64,000 bases of DNA from Opitutaceae bacterium. Its GTDB lineage: Bacteria; Verrucomicrobiota; Verrucomicrobiia; Opitutales; Coraliomargaritaceae. The stretch covers positions 192,001 through 256,000 of the forward strand of contig JBPOFY010000001.1 of the NCBI GenBank assembly GCA_051252375.1, given 5' to 3'. A program made the translations under genes and the position numbers. The notes beneath the pieces are model-generated. The model did no database searches. It was not told the DNA's origin and was given only the letters and a program-made list of their open reading frames with translations. This document shows positions 40,733 to 50,700 of the stretch, piece by piece. Every line of letters begins with the position of its first letter. Positions within the stretch are counted from its first letter, which is position 1.

Positions 40733-42145
40733 CTACTTATGGAAGCGCAGCTTGCGAAGACCGAACCAAGTCATACGAAGAAGTAGGGCCGCGCCAGAGA
40801 ACCTAGAGATATTCGTATCGCCATAAGCACGATCGCGGTAGCGAACCGGCACATCGCGAATCGCGAGATCCAGCAGTGCCGAGCCAAAGATCAAATTGAA
40901 ATCCCCGTAAGGATCGAATTCGCCAAACTCTTCGATACGTTTAAGTAGGCGATCGTAGTCCTCACGTAGCAGCATCTTCGTGCCACATAGGCTGTCCTTA
41001 ATCGGACGATCGATCACAAAGCTCAAGGCCAACGCGAAGAACTTATTACCACAGAAATTCAGCGGGCGCATTGCCTCCGATTCCATCGGATAGACTAAAC
41101 GACTGCCATTGGCGAACTCGGCACGCCCACTCGCAATGGCTTCATAAAATTTAGGCAAGTCTTCCGGTGGTGCAGTCAAATCGCCGTCTTGAATGACGAT
41201 CACGTCGCCCTTTGCTTCGGCAAAGCCAGCAAAAACCGCGTCCCACTTACCTTTACCCGGCTGCTTCATGTAACGGACGTCCAGCGGTCCCTCGTAGGCA
41301 GCCACCTCTTTCTCAATCACCTCCCAGGTGTCATCGGTGCTGTTGCCCTCGACAATGATCAACTCGGTTTTCTGTCCCAGCACAGGAATACGATCCAAAG
41401 CGGGCTTGATATGGCCCGACTCATTGCGGGCAGGTAAAATTACGGAACAGCTATATTCGCCTTCGATCCGCGGCTTCATAACGGGCCGTGCGATAATAAA
41501 CAACGAGACCCCCATGTGGCGGAAAAATGGCAGGCGCCCCACAAAATTGTTAAAGAAGCCATCCAGTAGAGGGATCTTAAACGGGAATATTTGCTCCGAG
41601 CTCTTTTTAACAATTTCAAAGCCGGAAAGCTCCAGCAGATTTACCAAGTCATCCGTGGTCAGCCAATTGCTAGCAGGTTGCTTCAACACAATCCCCAGCT
41701 TCTGCCCCAACCAAAAGAACGGCTTCCAGAGATTATTGAGCGATGTGATGTAAACTCTGGTCCGAGGGTGACAGGACGCCCGCACATTTTCAAAGCACTG
41801 CTGAATGTCGGTCAAATACCCGCACATATAATCCATCACGATGGCATCAAACTCCTCATTGATCGCTTGATCATGGAGGTTGCCCTCTCGGAATTCTAGG
41901 TTTTCAGCCGTATTCTTAGCCTTTGCCTGCGCCACCATTTTCGGGCTCAAGTCGACGCCGACCCCCTTCGAAGGGTCCAATCCAGCCAACAAATCACCTC
42001 GGCCACAGCCCCACTCCAGAACACGTGATCCCGGTCGTATATGATGCCTTAGCTTACGCAGAATTTGTGCGTGAAACCCGCCCTGTTGCTTACGAGGCTT
42101 CGCATCGTTCTCTGCGACCCAATCAAAATGCTCTTTATAATCCAT
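40733..42145 (-). CDS. Class I SAM methyltransferase - GT2 glycosyltransferase fusion
   Basis: VLEWGCGRGD at the N-terminus; SVILPARNE, QDGDL, DSLCGTK at the C-terminus. Confidence 0.85.
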   Translation of the reverse strand: MDYKEHFDWVAENDAKPRKQQGGFHAQILRKLRHHIRPGSRVLEWGCGRGDLLAGLDPSKGVGVDLSPKMVAQAKAKNTAENLEFREGNLHDQAINEEFDAIVMDYMCGYLTDIQQCFENVRASCHPRTRVYITSLNNLWKPFFWLGQKLGIVLKQPASNWLTTDDLVNLLELSGFEIVKKSSEQIFPFKIPLLDGFFNNFVGRLPFFRHMGVSLFIIARPVMKPRIEGEYSCSVILPARNESGHIKPALDRIPVLGQKTELIIVEGNSTDDTWEVIEKEVAAYEGPLDVRYMKQPGKGKWDAVFAGFAEAKGDVIVIQDGDLTAPPEDLPKFYEAIASGRAEFANGSRLVYPMESEAMRPLNFCGNKFFALALSFVIDRPIKDSLCGTKMLLREDYDRLLKRIEEFGEFDPYGDFNLIFGSALLDLAIRDVPVRYRDRAYGDTNISRFSGAALLLRMTWFGLRKLRFHK

Positions 42146-42276
42146 ATCTGTTCTAATGACGGGCAATTAAGACGTCCATAGGACCGATCGGAAAGCAAAT
42201 TCCCCGCATATAACTTAGACCATTCATCTGTAGAGCCAGACTTGCTTCTATTCCAGAAATTGATTGGGTCTACACT

Positions 42277-42621
42277 GTGCAAACAACAGAGACCTACAGC
42301 CGCGGAGCCACCATCATTCAGCAGGGCACGACTAGCCGTTCATTCTACGTGCTCGAAAAAGGCGCCGTCGAAATTCACATCGGCGACGTTCTACTCAACG
42401 TGATCATGTATCCCGGTTCCATTTTCGGTGAGGTCGGGTTCATTCGAGGCACGCCACGAACCGGTAGCGTCAAAGCACGTGCAGATACAATTGTGCAAAG
42501 ATACGACTGCGCTAGTGTTGAAGCCTTAATTGCACATTACCCTGAAATCGCCGCAAAGATGATCGAAACACTCGCCAGCCGACTTCAACGAACGACTGAA
42601 AAAGTTTCTGAGCTCACATAA
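42277..42621 (+). CDS. Stand-alone cyclic-nucleotide-binding domain protein
   Basis: IIQQG...FYVLEKG...FGEVG...PRTGSV; no HTH. Confidence 0.85.
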   Translation: MQTTETYSRGATIIQQGTTSRSFYVLEKGAVEIHIGDVLLNVIMYPGSIFGEVGFIRGTPRTGSVKARADTIVQRYDCASVEALIAHYPEIAAKMIETLASRLQRTTEKVSELT

Positions 42622-42682
42622 TAACCACCGAAAGTATTTTTTCTAATTAGTAAGGACGCACCACAACCCACGATACATTACC

Positions 42683-43180
42683 ATGAAAATCACACTCCTA
42701 TCTATTATGCTCCTTTCAATACTCAGTCATTTTCTCGCCGCAGAGATCGAAGTCGGTGCTGCGGCCCCCGAAGTATCCGTGGCAGATCACTCTGGCAAAG
42801 TCATTGATCTTGGCGCTGCCCTCAAAGAAGGCACCTCCTTGGTTTTCTTTTACCCCAAAGCCCTCACCGGCGGCTGCACCAAACAAGCATGCAGCCTACG
42901 TGACGCGTGGGACGTTCTTAAAGAACGCGGTGTCACAGTTTATGGCGTATCCGCGGACACGGCGAAACTACAGAAAGAGTTCCGCGACCGCTACGAGTTC
43001 CCGTTCGCACTGATCTCGGACACCGACCAGGTAGTCTGCAAAGCATTCGGCAAAGGCAAATATAGCCGACAAGCCTATCTCTTCAAAGACGGCGTGCTCG
43101 TCTGGCGCGACCTCAAGGCCTCGACAACAAAACAAGCAGAGGACGTGCTAGCCGCCCTCGATGCATTGGAGGCTAAGTAG
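42683..43180 (+). CDS. Exported BCP-type peroxiredoxin
   Basis: Signal-like N-terminus; FFYPKALTGGCTKQAC. Confidence 0.88.
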   Translation: MKITLLSIMLLSILSHFLAAEIEVGAAAPEVSVADHSGKVIDLGAALKEGTSLVFFYPKALTGGCTKQACSLRDAWDVLKERGVTVYGVSADTAKLQKEFRDRYEFPFALISDTDQVVCKAFGKGKYSRQAYLFKDGVLVWRDLKASTTKQAEDVLAALDALEAK

Positions 43181-43209
43181 CCCAGTCGTATCATGCGTTG
43201 CCAGAAGGC

Positions 43210-44208
43210 TTAGAAAAACAAGGCCTCTGAAAGGGCTTGCTCGGGTGCCAATGGTTTCACGCGGGTCGGGATCTTCTCCTTAGTCTTACCTAAGTAAGCT
43301 TCGATTTCACCGAGCGATCCATCGCTAAACTTTCGCCATTTGAAATAACGATCATCATCGTATTTCCACTCCAAAGACAACGAGCAGTCTGCATCTAGCC
43401 CATCACAGCCCTGGAGGATAAACTCGGCATTTTGTGCAGTGCAATCTTCACACTTCGTGCACTCACTCAGGCATTCTTTGACCCACTCCATCAAGCGCTG
43501 CCCTTCGCCGGTCATGCCTTCGCCATGCGAAACAATTACACTTTGTAACCCATGGCATAGGTCCTCGATTTTGTATCCGCTTAGAAACTGCCCCACTGCT
43601 TGACGCACTGGCAACAAGCGCGCCTTCGCCAAGTCACTGACATCATTCGCGGCGGGCCAGACCAAGTCACCAAAAGACTCTGGCTCCACGCTGCTGTCAT
43701 AGACACAGCGACGAACACCAACGAGTAGATTGTTAAAATACGTTTCTATCCGTGATGTTGGCACGCCGCTAAACCAGTGATAGGTAGGCAGATCCGGCTC
43801 TAACCAAACAGAAACCTGATTCGCCAAATAGCCGCAATCCTCTGACTTGTAGCTCAACAGCAAGGCCTCGCAACAGCACATTTCACGGTGCGACTCGCCG
43901 ATATAGCACTGGCTAAAAAGCTTCGCACTCATCGAGCCATCCCCAACATGTCGAGAAGGACAGAGCACAATAATCCGGCTAGGATAACGCTGCGCAAAAT
44001 GTAGAACCGCCTCAAAACGTTCAAGCGCTTCATCCGGAGTCACCTCCAGGCCGAAGTGCAGCACCACATTCATTTGTGACGCACGAAATTCATTTGCCGA
44101 ACTGGACGGACCTCCGTCCCACATAGTGGCAAGGCGAGCCGTCACCTCTCCCACGGGGAGTTCTATACCGGGCAAAGCATCTATTAAATCAGCCATAGGA
44201 ATATCCAA
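43210..44208 (-). CDS. opcA: Glucose-6-phosphate dehydrogenase assembly protein OpcA
   Basis: Directly downstream of zwf; YPSRIIVL, CCEAL, LEPDLPTYHW. Confidence 0.8.
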   Translation of the reverse strand: MDIPMADLIDALPGIELPVGEVTARLATMWDGGPSSSANEFRASQMNVVLHFGLEVTPDEALERFEAVLHFAQRYPSRIIVLCPSRHVGDGSMSAKLFSQCYIGESHREMCCCEALLLSYKSEDCGYLANQVSVWLEPDLPTYHWFSGVPTSRIETYFNNLLVGVRRCVYDSSVEPESFGDLVWPAANDVSDLAKARLLPVRQAVGQFLSGYKIEDLCHGLQSVIVSHGEGMTGEGQRLMEWVKECLSECTKCEDCTAQNAEFILQGCDGLDADCSLSLEWKYDDDRYFKWRKFSDGSLGEIEAYLGKTKEKIPTRVKPLAPEQALSEALFF

Positions 44209-44241
44209 TCAGGTTTAAGTCGATTATTCAGAAAGTTCGGA

Positions 44242-45795
44242 TCAACCCGAGCGACGCCACTGGTGATTTTTGGCCCAAAGTAAGCGTTCGCTCGCAAGAG
44301 GTCCCCAAGATCCGGACGCATATTCTTCCATACCATTCTGGCCGCACTCTTCCCAATGCTTGAGAATCGGCGTGATCAATTTCCAAGATGCTTCGGTTTC
44401 ATCACCACGAATGAAGAGCGTGCTGTCTCCAATCATCGCATCAAGAATCAGACGCTCATAGGCCTCCGGTGTATTTGACCCAAAAGTAGTGGAATAGCGG
44501 AAGTGCATCTTCACCGGTTGGGTACGCGTCTCCAATCCTGGGATCTTTGAGTTCATCACTAAAGTGACGCCTTCATCCGGCTGGATGCTGATCACCATTG
44601 TATTTGGCGCGACATTGAACTTCTTACCCTCCGAGAAGAGAATACCTGGAGGTCGCTTAAATTGGATCGCAATCTCACTCGCACGTCGCGCCATACGCTT
44701 GCCGGAGCGAATGTAGAAAGGCACACCCTGCCAACGCCAATTATTAATTGATAGGCGCAGTGCCGCGTATGTCTCGGTCGATGATTCGTCAGGAATCCCC
44801 TGCTCTTCCTTATAACCTTTAACTGGTTTGCCACTCACCAGACCATCTGTGTATCGAGCGCGAACGACATCACCGCCATCGTCTTTAAGCTCAAGTGGCT
44901 GAATCGCCTTCAAGACTTTCACCTTCTCATCGCGAATCGATTCCGGATCAAGCGACACAGGCGGTTCCATCGCAGTCAGCGCAACCAGCTGCATGGTATG
45001 ATTTTGAATCATGTCGCGCAGCGCACCACTGGTATCGTAGTAGCCGCCGCGTGTGCCGACACCGAGACTTTCCGCCACAGTGATTTGCACATTGTCCACA
45101 TACTCACGATTCCACATGGGCTCGAAAATCGAGTTGGCAAATCGCTGAACCAAAAGATCCTGCACCGTCTCCTTACCGAGGTAGTGGTCGATACGATAGA
45201 CTTGAGGCTCTTCAAAAACACTGTTGAGCGCTTTGTTCAATTCACGTGCCGACTCCAAATCGCGACCGAAGGGTTTTTCAATAATTACCTTTGAAGCCAG
45301 CTTGGTGTGCACATGTGCCTTCGCCATGCCGCTCTTCCCTAAATTACGAATAATGGGCTGAAACACTTCCGGTGGCGTTGAAATATAAAACAAGCGCTGC
45401 ACATCACGCCCAAGGTCACTCTCGATTTTATTAATTTTCGCCGCGAGAGACTTAAAAGCTTCGAGATCATCATAACCGCCATCATGGTAGATCATGTTAT
45501 GACGCACGCGCTCCCAAATCTCCTTATTCAACGGACGACGTGAGTGCTCATCAATCGCGGCATCCATCAAATCGCGAAAAGCGGCATCCTCAATCGGCTT
45601 ACGCCCGAAACCGATCAAGTGGAACTCTCCGGGCAGCAGATTATCCACTCCTAGGTTGAAAATAGCCGGCACCAGCTTACGGGCAGTCAAATCGCCCGAG
45701 GCACCAAAAATCACGACCACGGTCGGCGGTGCGCCACGGTGCTTACTTAAACCTTTCAAAAAAGGGTGTCTCGGTTCTTCAATTTGGTCAGTCAT
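44242..45795 (-). CDS. zwf: Glucose-6-phosphate 1-dehydrogenase
   Basis: GASGDL, IEKPFG, RIDHYLGKE, NWRWQGVPF, AYERL. Confidence 0.98.
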   Translation of the reverse strand: MTDQIEEPRHPFLKGLSKHRGAPPTVVVIFGASGDLTARKLVPAIFNLGVDNLLPGEFHLIGFGRKPIEDAAFRDLMDAAIDEHSRRPLNKEIWERVRHNMIYHDGGYDDLEAFKSLAAKINKIESDLGRDVQRLFYISTPPEVFQPIIRNLGKSGMAKAHVHTKLASKVIIEKPFGRDLESARELNKALNSVFEEPQVYRIDHYLGKETVQDLLVQRFANSIFEPMWNREYVDNVQITVAESLGVGTRGGYYDTSGALRDMIQNHTMQLVALTAMEPPVSLDPESIRDEKVKVLKAIQPLELKDDGGDVVRARYTDGLVSGKPVKGYKEEQGIPDESSTETYAALRLSINNWRWQGVPFYIRSGKRMARRASEIAIQFKRPPGILFSEGKKFNVAPNTMVISIQPDEGVTLVMNSKIPGLETRTQPVKMHFRYSTTFGSNTPEAYERLILDAMIGDSTLFIRGDETEASWKLITPILKHWEECGQNGMEEYASGSWGPLASERLLWAKNHQWRRSG

Positions 45796-46255
45796 AACTT
45801 AAAGGTTTTTGAGCTTGGTAGTGTTTACTAAAAAGAGGGACATTTGCGTAATGGCGGACATCTCCACTGCCACTGTTGGAAATCGCAACGTCTATGATGT
45901 CAAAGCGGAAGTGTTTTGGCGGATTTTGCAATTGCTTTAAATAGTTCTTATATCCGCGCCGCAAAACCTCTTTTTTATGACGATCTACGGAATGAAAGCC
46001 AGAAACCAGTGCATTTTCGCTTCTAGCCCTCACTTCCACGAAGACCAGAACCTCCCCGTCGCGACAGATAATATCGACCTCATCCCTTTTGTAGCGCCAG
46101 TTCCGAGCGATTACCTTATAACCTAAAGTGCGCCGACAATAATCCGCAGCTAGGTCTTCACCGAAAGTGCCACGCTCCGCTCGAGTGCTGTCCCCAGATA
46201 TGCGTTTCTCACGAATACCGAAAATTCGCTCACGGATGAGATGAATAATATTCAC
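45788..46255 (-). CDS. YraN-family PD-(D/E)XK protein
   Basis: GEDLAADY...RNWR...EVDII...LVFVEVR...RFDII. Start uncertain (GTG 46255 chosen). Confidence 0.85.
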   Translation of the reverse strand: MNIIHLIRERIFGIREKRISGDSTRAERGTFGEDLAADYCRRTLGYKVIARNWRYKRDEVDIICRDGEVLVFVEVRARSENALVSGFHSVDRHKKEVLRRGYKNYLKQLQNPPKHFRFDIIDVAISNSGSGDVRHYANVPLFSKHYQAQKPLSYD

Positions 46256-46338
46256 AGGCAGTTTACGCGTTGATGACAGTCGATAGTTGGTTAATTCTCC
46301 ACTTTTCAGATTTCCAATAGACCACGAATCGCCGCTTC

Positions 46339-47424
46339 TTGAAACAACAAAGCAACAACGCCCCCATAGAGAACACCCTGATCGTCGGTTCCGGCCTTGC
46401 AGGCTGCCTTTTAGCGTGGCGACTCCAAGAGCGCGGACTGCCTTTCCAAATAGTCGGCAGCACGGCACTTCCCAACGCGTGGTCCGTCGCGGCGGGTCTG
46501 ATTAATCCAGTCACTGGGAAATGGATGACTAAAAGCTGGAACATCGATCAGCTCATCCCTGAGGCTGAGCAAACATACCGAGCCATAGAGCACGCCCTCG
46601 ACATCGAGATCTATCACCCGATGCCTTTCCGCCGCTACTGCCAAAACATGGAAGATGTAAAACGCTGTGGTCGGCGTAGTCGCAATCCTCGCTACGCCAA
46701 TGTGTTGAGTGAGCATGTTCCGGTCGGATCCGGCCCGGATGCCATCGTCGACACGCACGGCAGCTTCGAAATCCATCAAGCCAGCTACGTCGATCTACCC
46801 ATACTCATTTCAGCATTGCAGGCTCATTTTCAACAAAGCGGCCGCCTGCGCGATGAAACCTTCGTCCACGCAGAACTTGAAAGAATACCTGAAGGATGGC
46901 GCTACAAAGACAACGAAGCCCAACGTATCATTTTCTGCGAAGGCATGGGGATACAAAATAATCCCTGGTTTAATTATCTACCCATGTCCCCCGCGAAGGG
47001 CGAAACACTCATACTGACATCCGACACACTAGAACTCCCAAAAACGGCCTACCACCATACCAAGTGGCTCCTCCCTTACAAAGATCGCAGTTTTCGAATT
47101 GGCGCGACTTACGACGACAACGACTTCAGCCACGAACCCACTGAATCCGGCAAAGCCGAGTTGCTCAAGCACGCTCGGGCTTTCATAAAACCTGAGCACA
47201 CGCTAGAAGTCCAAAAGCACATGGCGGGCATACGCCCGATGACAAAAGATGTCCGTCCTTTCCTCGGCACACATCCCAACGAAGCCCACCTGCATATCCT
47301 GAATGGACTCGGCTCCAAAGGTGCATCACTCGCCCCGGAAATGACCAAACAACTTCTGAGCCACCTTTTTGACGGCGAACCACTCGACCCCGAAGTTGAT
47401 ATCACCCGCTTTATGGAACAATAA
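46339..47424 (+). CDS. FAD-dependent oxidoreductase (DAO-like)
   Basis: IVGSGLAG, AAGLINPVTG, PAKGE, IGATY, GIRP, NGLGSKG. Confidence 0.88.
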   Translation: MKQQSNNAPIENTLIVGSGLAGCLLAWRLQERGLPFQIVGSTALPNAWSVAAGLINPVTGKWMTKSWNIDQLIPEAEQTYRAIEHALDIEIYHPMPFRRYCQNMEDVKRCGRRSRNPRYANVLSEHVPVGSGPDAIVDTHGSFEIHQASYVDLPILISALQAHFQQSGRLRDETFVHAELERIPEGWRYKDNEAQRIIFCEGMGIQNNPWFNYLPMSPAKGETLILTSDTLELPKTAYHHTKWLLPYKDRSFRIGATYDDNDFSHEPTESGKAELLKHARAFIKPEHTLEVQKHMAGIRPMTKDVRPFLGTHPNEAHLHILNGLGSKGASLAPEMTKQLLSHLFDGEPLDPEVDITRFMEQ

Positions 47425-47438
47425 TTCCAGCCCTGCAC

Positions 47439-47472
47439 TTTCAGTTTTCAGTTCTCAGTTCTCAGTTTTTCA
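47439..47472 (+). repeat. Heptamer tandem array (TTTCAGT)2(TCTCAGT)2
   Basis: Read directly; ends 4 nt before the ATG at 47477. Confidence 0.85.
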
Positions 47473-47476
47473 AAAA

Positions 47477-48034
47477 ATGCACCTTACCGAACTCGCACAT
47501 CAATACCTTGAAGCGCACCTACACATTGGTGATCTGGCAATTGATGCCACCGCAGGCAACGGGCATGACACGCTAAAAATGGCTGAGCTCGTTGGCAACA
47601 CAGGCAAAGTTTTTGGCATCGATATCCAAACCGCTGCAATCGAAGCCACACTCACACGTCTCACTGATGCCAATCAAAGCAAGCAATGCCAACTAATCGA
47701 AGGGGATCATGCCGATGCCTTAGCCGCCCTTTGCGAGCACCACAAATCAAACATCACAGCGATGACCTTCAACCTTGGGTATCTCCCGGGAAGCGACAAA
47801 AGCGTCCAAACAAAGCCCGAAGCTACCTTGCGCGCGCTTAACTTTGCACAACAACTGCTGCACCCCAAAGGAGTGTTACTCGTCACCGCCTATCGCGGTC
47901 ATGAAGGTGGGCTTGAAGAGTCGAAGCATGTCGAAGCATGGATGCTTGCCCGCAAAGCTGAAGGCGCAAAAATCGAAACACACGAGCCGACCGCGAACCG
48001 GATCCCGCCGATTTTATGGGTCTATCGGACCTGA
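47477..48034 (+). CDS. YtqB-like SAM-dependent methyltransferase
   Basis: IDATAGNGHDT, DIQ, FNLGYLPG, AYRGHEGG. Confidence 0.88.
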   Translation: MHLTELAHQYLEAHLHIGDLAIDATAGNGHDTLKMAELVGNTGKVFGIDIQTAAIEATLTRLTDANQSKQCQLIEGDHADALAALCEHHKSNITAMTFNLGYLPGSDKSVQTKPEATLRALNFAQQLLHPKGVLLVTAYRGHEGGLEESKHVEAWMLARKAEGAKIETHEPTANRIPPILWVYRT

Positions 48035-48048
48035 GTGACTAACCGCAC

Positions 48049-48115
48049 GGCGACGACGGAGCGTCGCCCTCCAAAGCACGCGAGTATAGCTGGAGGGTTG
48101 CGCTCCGTCGCAACC
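48049..48115. repeat. Pair of inverted REP-like palindromes
   Basis: Minus strand TGGAG-GGCGACG-CTCCGT-CGTCGCC; plus strand TGGAG-GGTTGCG-CTCCGT-CGCAACC. Confidence 0.88.
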
Positions 48116-48154
48116 GCCGAACTACAATCGATCAAGCCTTTCAGATGAACTGAC

Positions 48155-50551
48155 TTATTGGACGGTGCTCAGCATTCCGAAATCAACGCTCTGCAATTCC
48201 AGGAAATCACCTTCATATTGACGAGAGCTGACAAAGTGAATGCGCACATCGTATGCTCGTTCCGGCGAACGGAACGGAATAACGATTCGCTGCGCGCCAT
48301 CAGAAGCTCCCCATGCCAATTGTAGAGGAATGTTGGTTTGTAAACGTTTCCCGTTCTGATCTGTCCACAATAGTTTTATATGTGTGCGATTGTCTGGACT
48401 TACTTTCCAGCGCAATGTCGCATCGAGTAAATAGTTTCGCTCAGGCGCCACTGCCACGTCTCTGAAAACTGAAAAGACATCTGCTCCACTAACATGAATA
48501 CCTGTATCAAAACCCTTCGCCGAGGTGACTTGCAGATGCTCTGATGGCCTAAAATCAAAATACCAACCAGGCACAACAGGCAGCTCTGGGCCGAGGAAAT
48601 TCCGTGTATATGTTCCTTGATGTTTGAGTCCAGGATTAGTCAAAGTCGATCGAACAGTCGACGCATCTTCCACCCAATGACTCAGCCCGAAACGATCTTC
48701 ATCGGAAGACAGTTGCCCAATTTGAGCCAATACCGCGAATGCCAAAGGCTCAGGGTCCGACTGAAAGACTTTTAAGAATGTATTCAATCGAGCATGCAGC
48801 GGCTGAGCGACTATCGCCTTTGCCGTTACAAAATATTGATCACGAGCTTCTTTGTATTTCCGCAATGCGTCCCCAGTTTCTGGACCTCCACGCAACGCAT
48901 AATCCACCAGTTGACGACGCGTTTGGTGAAACGCGGCATACACTTCTGTAAATACAAATGCTTCCGAGACAATTTCTACACGTGCGAGTCGGCGCGGATC
49001 ACCAGCTACTTGCGACGCTGCTTCCGATAGCAATGATCGCATTTGCAATAGCACGCCTGCATCAAACATCCCGACCCCTGCCTCATCTAAATAAAACTTA
49101 ATCCAATCCGCCTTGCCTTCGTTTGCATTGCGATACACCTCCGCAGTTTCATAAAACGCACGCATCGGCACAGCAGCCGCTCCGAAGAAATGACGGTAAT
49201 ACTCTTCCAATAAAACATCCGCGCTCTGCGCGGGGTCCCACAACAGCTCTGCAGTCAACCAAGCTTTCGCGCCATCTAATCCCCAGGCTGATGGCAGTTG
49301 AGAGTAAAAGACATCTACACCATTCGTATTCAAATACTTGATACTTTCGTCAATCCAATGATTCATTTGACGCGGATAAGGATACGGTGCTCCAAAATAA
49401 TAATCCCATGTGCCGACACGTTCCGCGCCCGACTCTACCCAACGATGAATCAACGCTTTATCTTCTGCCCGATAATCTGCGTCATGCCACTGCGCGCGAT
49501 CAGAAGTCAACACAGGCATCACTCGAGGGTGTATCTTGATGCTAGGCGATGGCTCTGTCCAATAATATGACAGCGCGGTCAAATAGCGGTCTTCACCATG
49601 CGCTGTTTGCCAGGCACCACCCTCATCAAACACCTTTTCGGCGACCGCATTCATAAACCCAAAAACATAGTCGGTGTAATCGGGACGGGTTCTAAAGTAA
49701 GTCAGTGGATCGACTTTGGACTGCGTCAGTGGTGACTCATCGAACATCACATTGTCATTGATCGAGAGGGAAAAGCTGTTGCCATTCGGATTTGCTTCAA
49801 AATATCGAAGTGCTGCCGCTGCAGCGAGTTCGACTGCTCTAGGTTGTGCGAGATTGGGTTGCGGATCGACCGCACCACTGCCTTTTGGACGGCGCTTGCG
49901 CCCATGCACAAGTGAGAAAACTTCTGGTTCGGCGTCAAATAACTCAGCGGTGAATACTTTAGCGAGAGCATGATTGAACTGGAATTCCTGACTCAATCGG
50001 TTCCGCCGACCGAAGTCAGTGCTTGCCGGATGTAGTGCTCTCTGAATAAACGCGGGGGTTTCGACCCAATGTTGCCGAGGGAATTTCGAGGGCACTTCAC
50101 CGACATACTCTAAACCGATTTCGCTCGGCCAATACCAACGTGCGCCGAGCACCTCACCACAGAGGGCATAGACACCATTCGCGAGTCCCTCTTGAGAAGC
50201 CGCATCGATAATAATACGTGAACGGACCCGACGAATGCGAAAGCTGCCGGTCGAGTCAAATGACTTTCGAAGCTTCAATACAATCGATTCCTTTGGAGGT
50301 CGCTCCGTCGCCTCAAATTGCTTGAGCAACGTGCCGTCTACGCGTTCTCGATATACCGACTGCAAATCGTTTATTGCGGCTGACAATGCTGCGCTGGGAT
50401 TCTCAATAGGCACAAGCACTTGTATAGAATCCAACGACAAGTGTGCAGATCCGAGCATACGCTGAGCCTGCCAGCTAGCGGCACGCTCACTAGCGCCGAC
50501 TACACCACAGGTGAGTATACAGAGAATGACTGCTATGTAGAATGATCGCAT
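48155..50551 (-). CDS. Secreted DUF4838-like protein (putative glycoside-hydrolase-like)
   Basis: Signal peptide; GH67/GH20-like N-domain (GLANGVYAL..VLGARWYWP), SLSINDN, LLWDP...YY..FFGAAA.PM..FY. Confidence 0.7.
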   Translation of the reverse strand: MRSFYIAVILCILTCGVVGASERAASWQAQRMLGSAHLSLDSIQVLVPIENPSAALSAAINDLQSVYRERVDGTLLKQFEATERPPKESIVLKLRKSFDSTGSFRIRRVRSRIIIDAASQEGLANGVYALCGEVLGARWYWPSEIGLEYVGEVPSKFPRQHWVETPAFIQRALHPASTDFGRRNRLSQEFQFNHALAKVFTAELFDAEPEVFSLVHGRKRRPKGSGAVDPQPNLAQPRAVELAAAAALRYFEANPNGNSFSLSINDNVMFDESPLTQSKVDPLTYFRTRPDYTDYVFGFMNAVAEKVFDEGGAWQTAHGEDRYLTALSYYWTEPSPSIKIHPRVMPVLTSDRAQWHDADYRAEDKALIHRWVESGAERVGTWDYYFGAPYPYPRQMNHWIDESIKYLNTNGVDVFYSQLPSAWGLDGAKAWLTAELLWDPAQSADVLLEEYYRHFFGAAAVPMRAFYETAEVYRNANEGKADWIKFYLDEAGVGMFDAGVLLQMRSLLSEAASQVAGDPRRLARVEIVSEAFVFTEVYAAFHQTRRQLVDYALRGGPETGDALRKYKEARDQYFVTAKAIVAQPLHARLNTFLKVFQSDPEPLAFAVLAQIGQLSSDEDRFGLSHWVEDASTVRSTLTNPGLKHQGTYTRNFLGPELPVVPGWYFDFRPSEHLQVTSAKGFDTGIHVSGADVFSVFRDVAVAPERNYLLDATLRWKVSPDNRTHIKLLWTDQNGKRLQTNIPLQLAWGASDGAQRIVIPFRSPERAYDVRIHFVSSRQYEGDFLELQSVDFGMLSTVQ

Positions 50552-50643
50552 CGGTTAAGCTGCATTGCATGGATTTCGCGAATGCTAGCAAAAGAATTCT
50601 GATCGATGATCATGAAGTCATGCTCCTTGCATCAAATGGGCAC

Positions 50644-50676
50644 AAAAAAGAGGCGCCCGCTAATGCGGACGCCTCT
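50644..50676 (-). terminator. Strong intrinsic terminator of the DUF11 gene
   Basis: Minus strand: AGAGGCGTCCGC-atta-GCGGGCGCCTCT-TTTTT. Confidence 0.88.
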
Positions 50677-50700
50677 GAAAGAGTCGGAACTCAACAGGTT

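Noticed and set aside
46256..46468. Long N-terminal extension of the YraN ORF
   Set aside because: Overlaps the divergent oxidoreductase gene and lacks family features; a later start is more plausible.
47920..47940. 10-bp tandem GTCGAAGCAT x2 inside the methyltransferase gene
   Set aside because: The reading frame and family-typical sequence are intact; probably chance.
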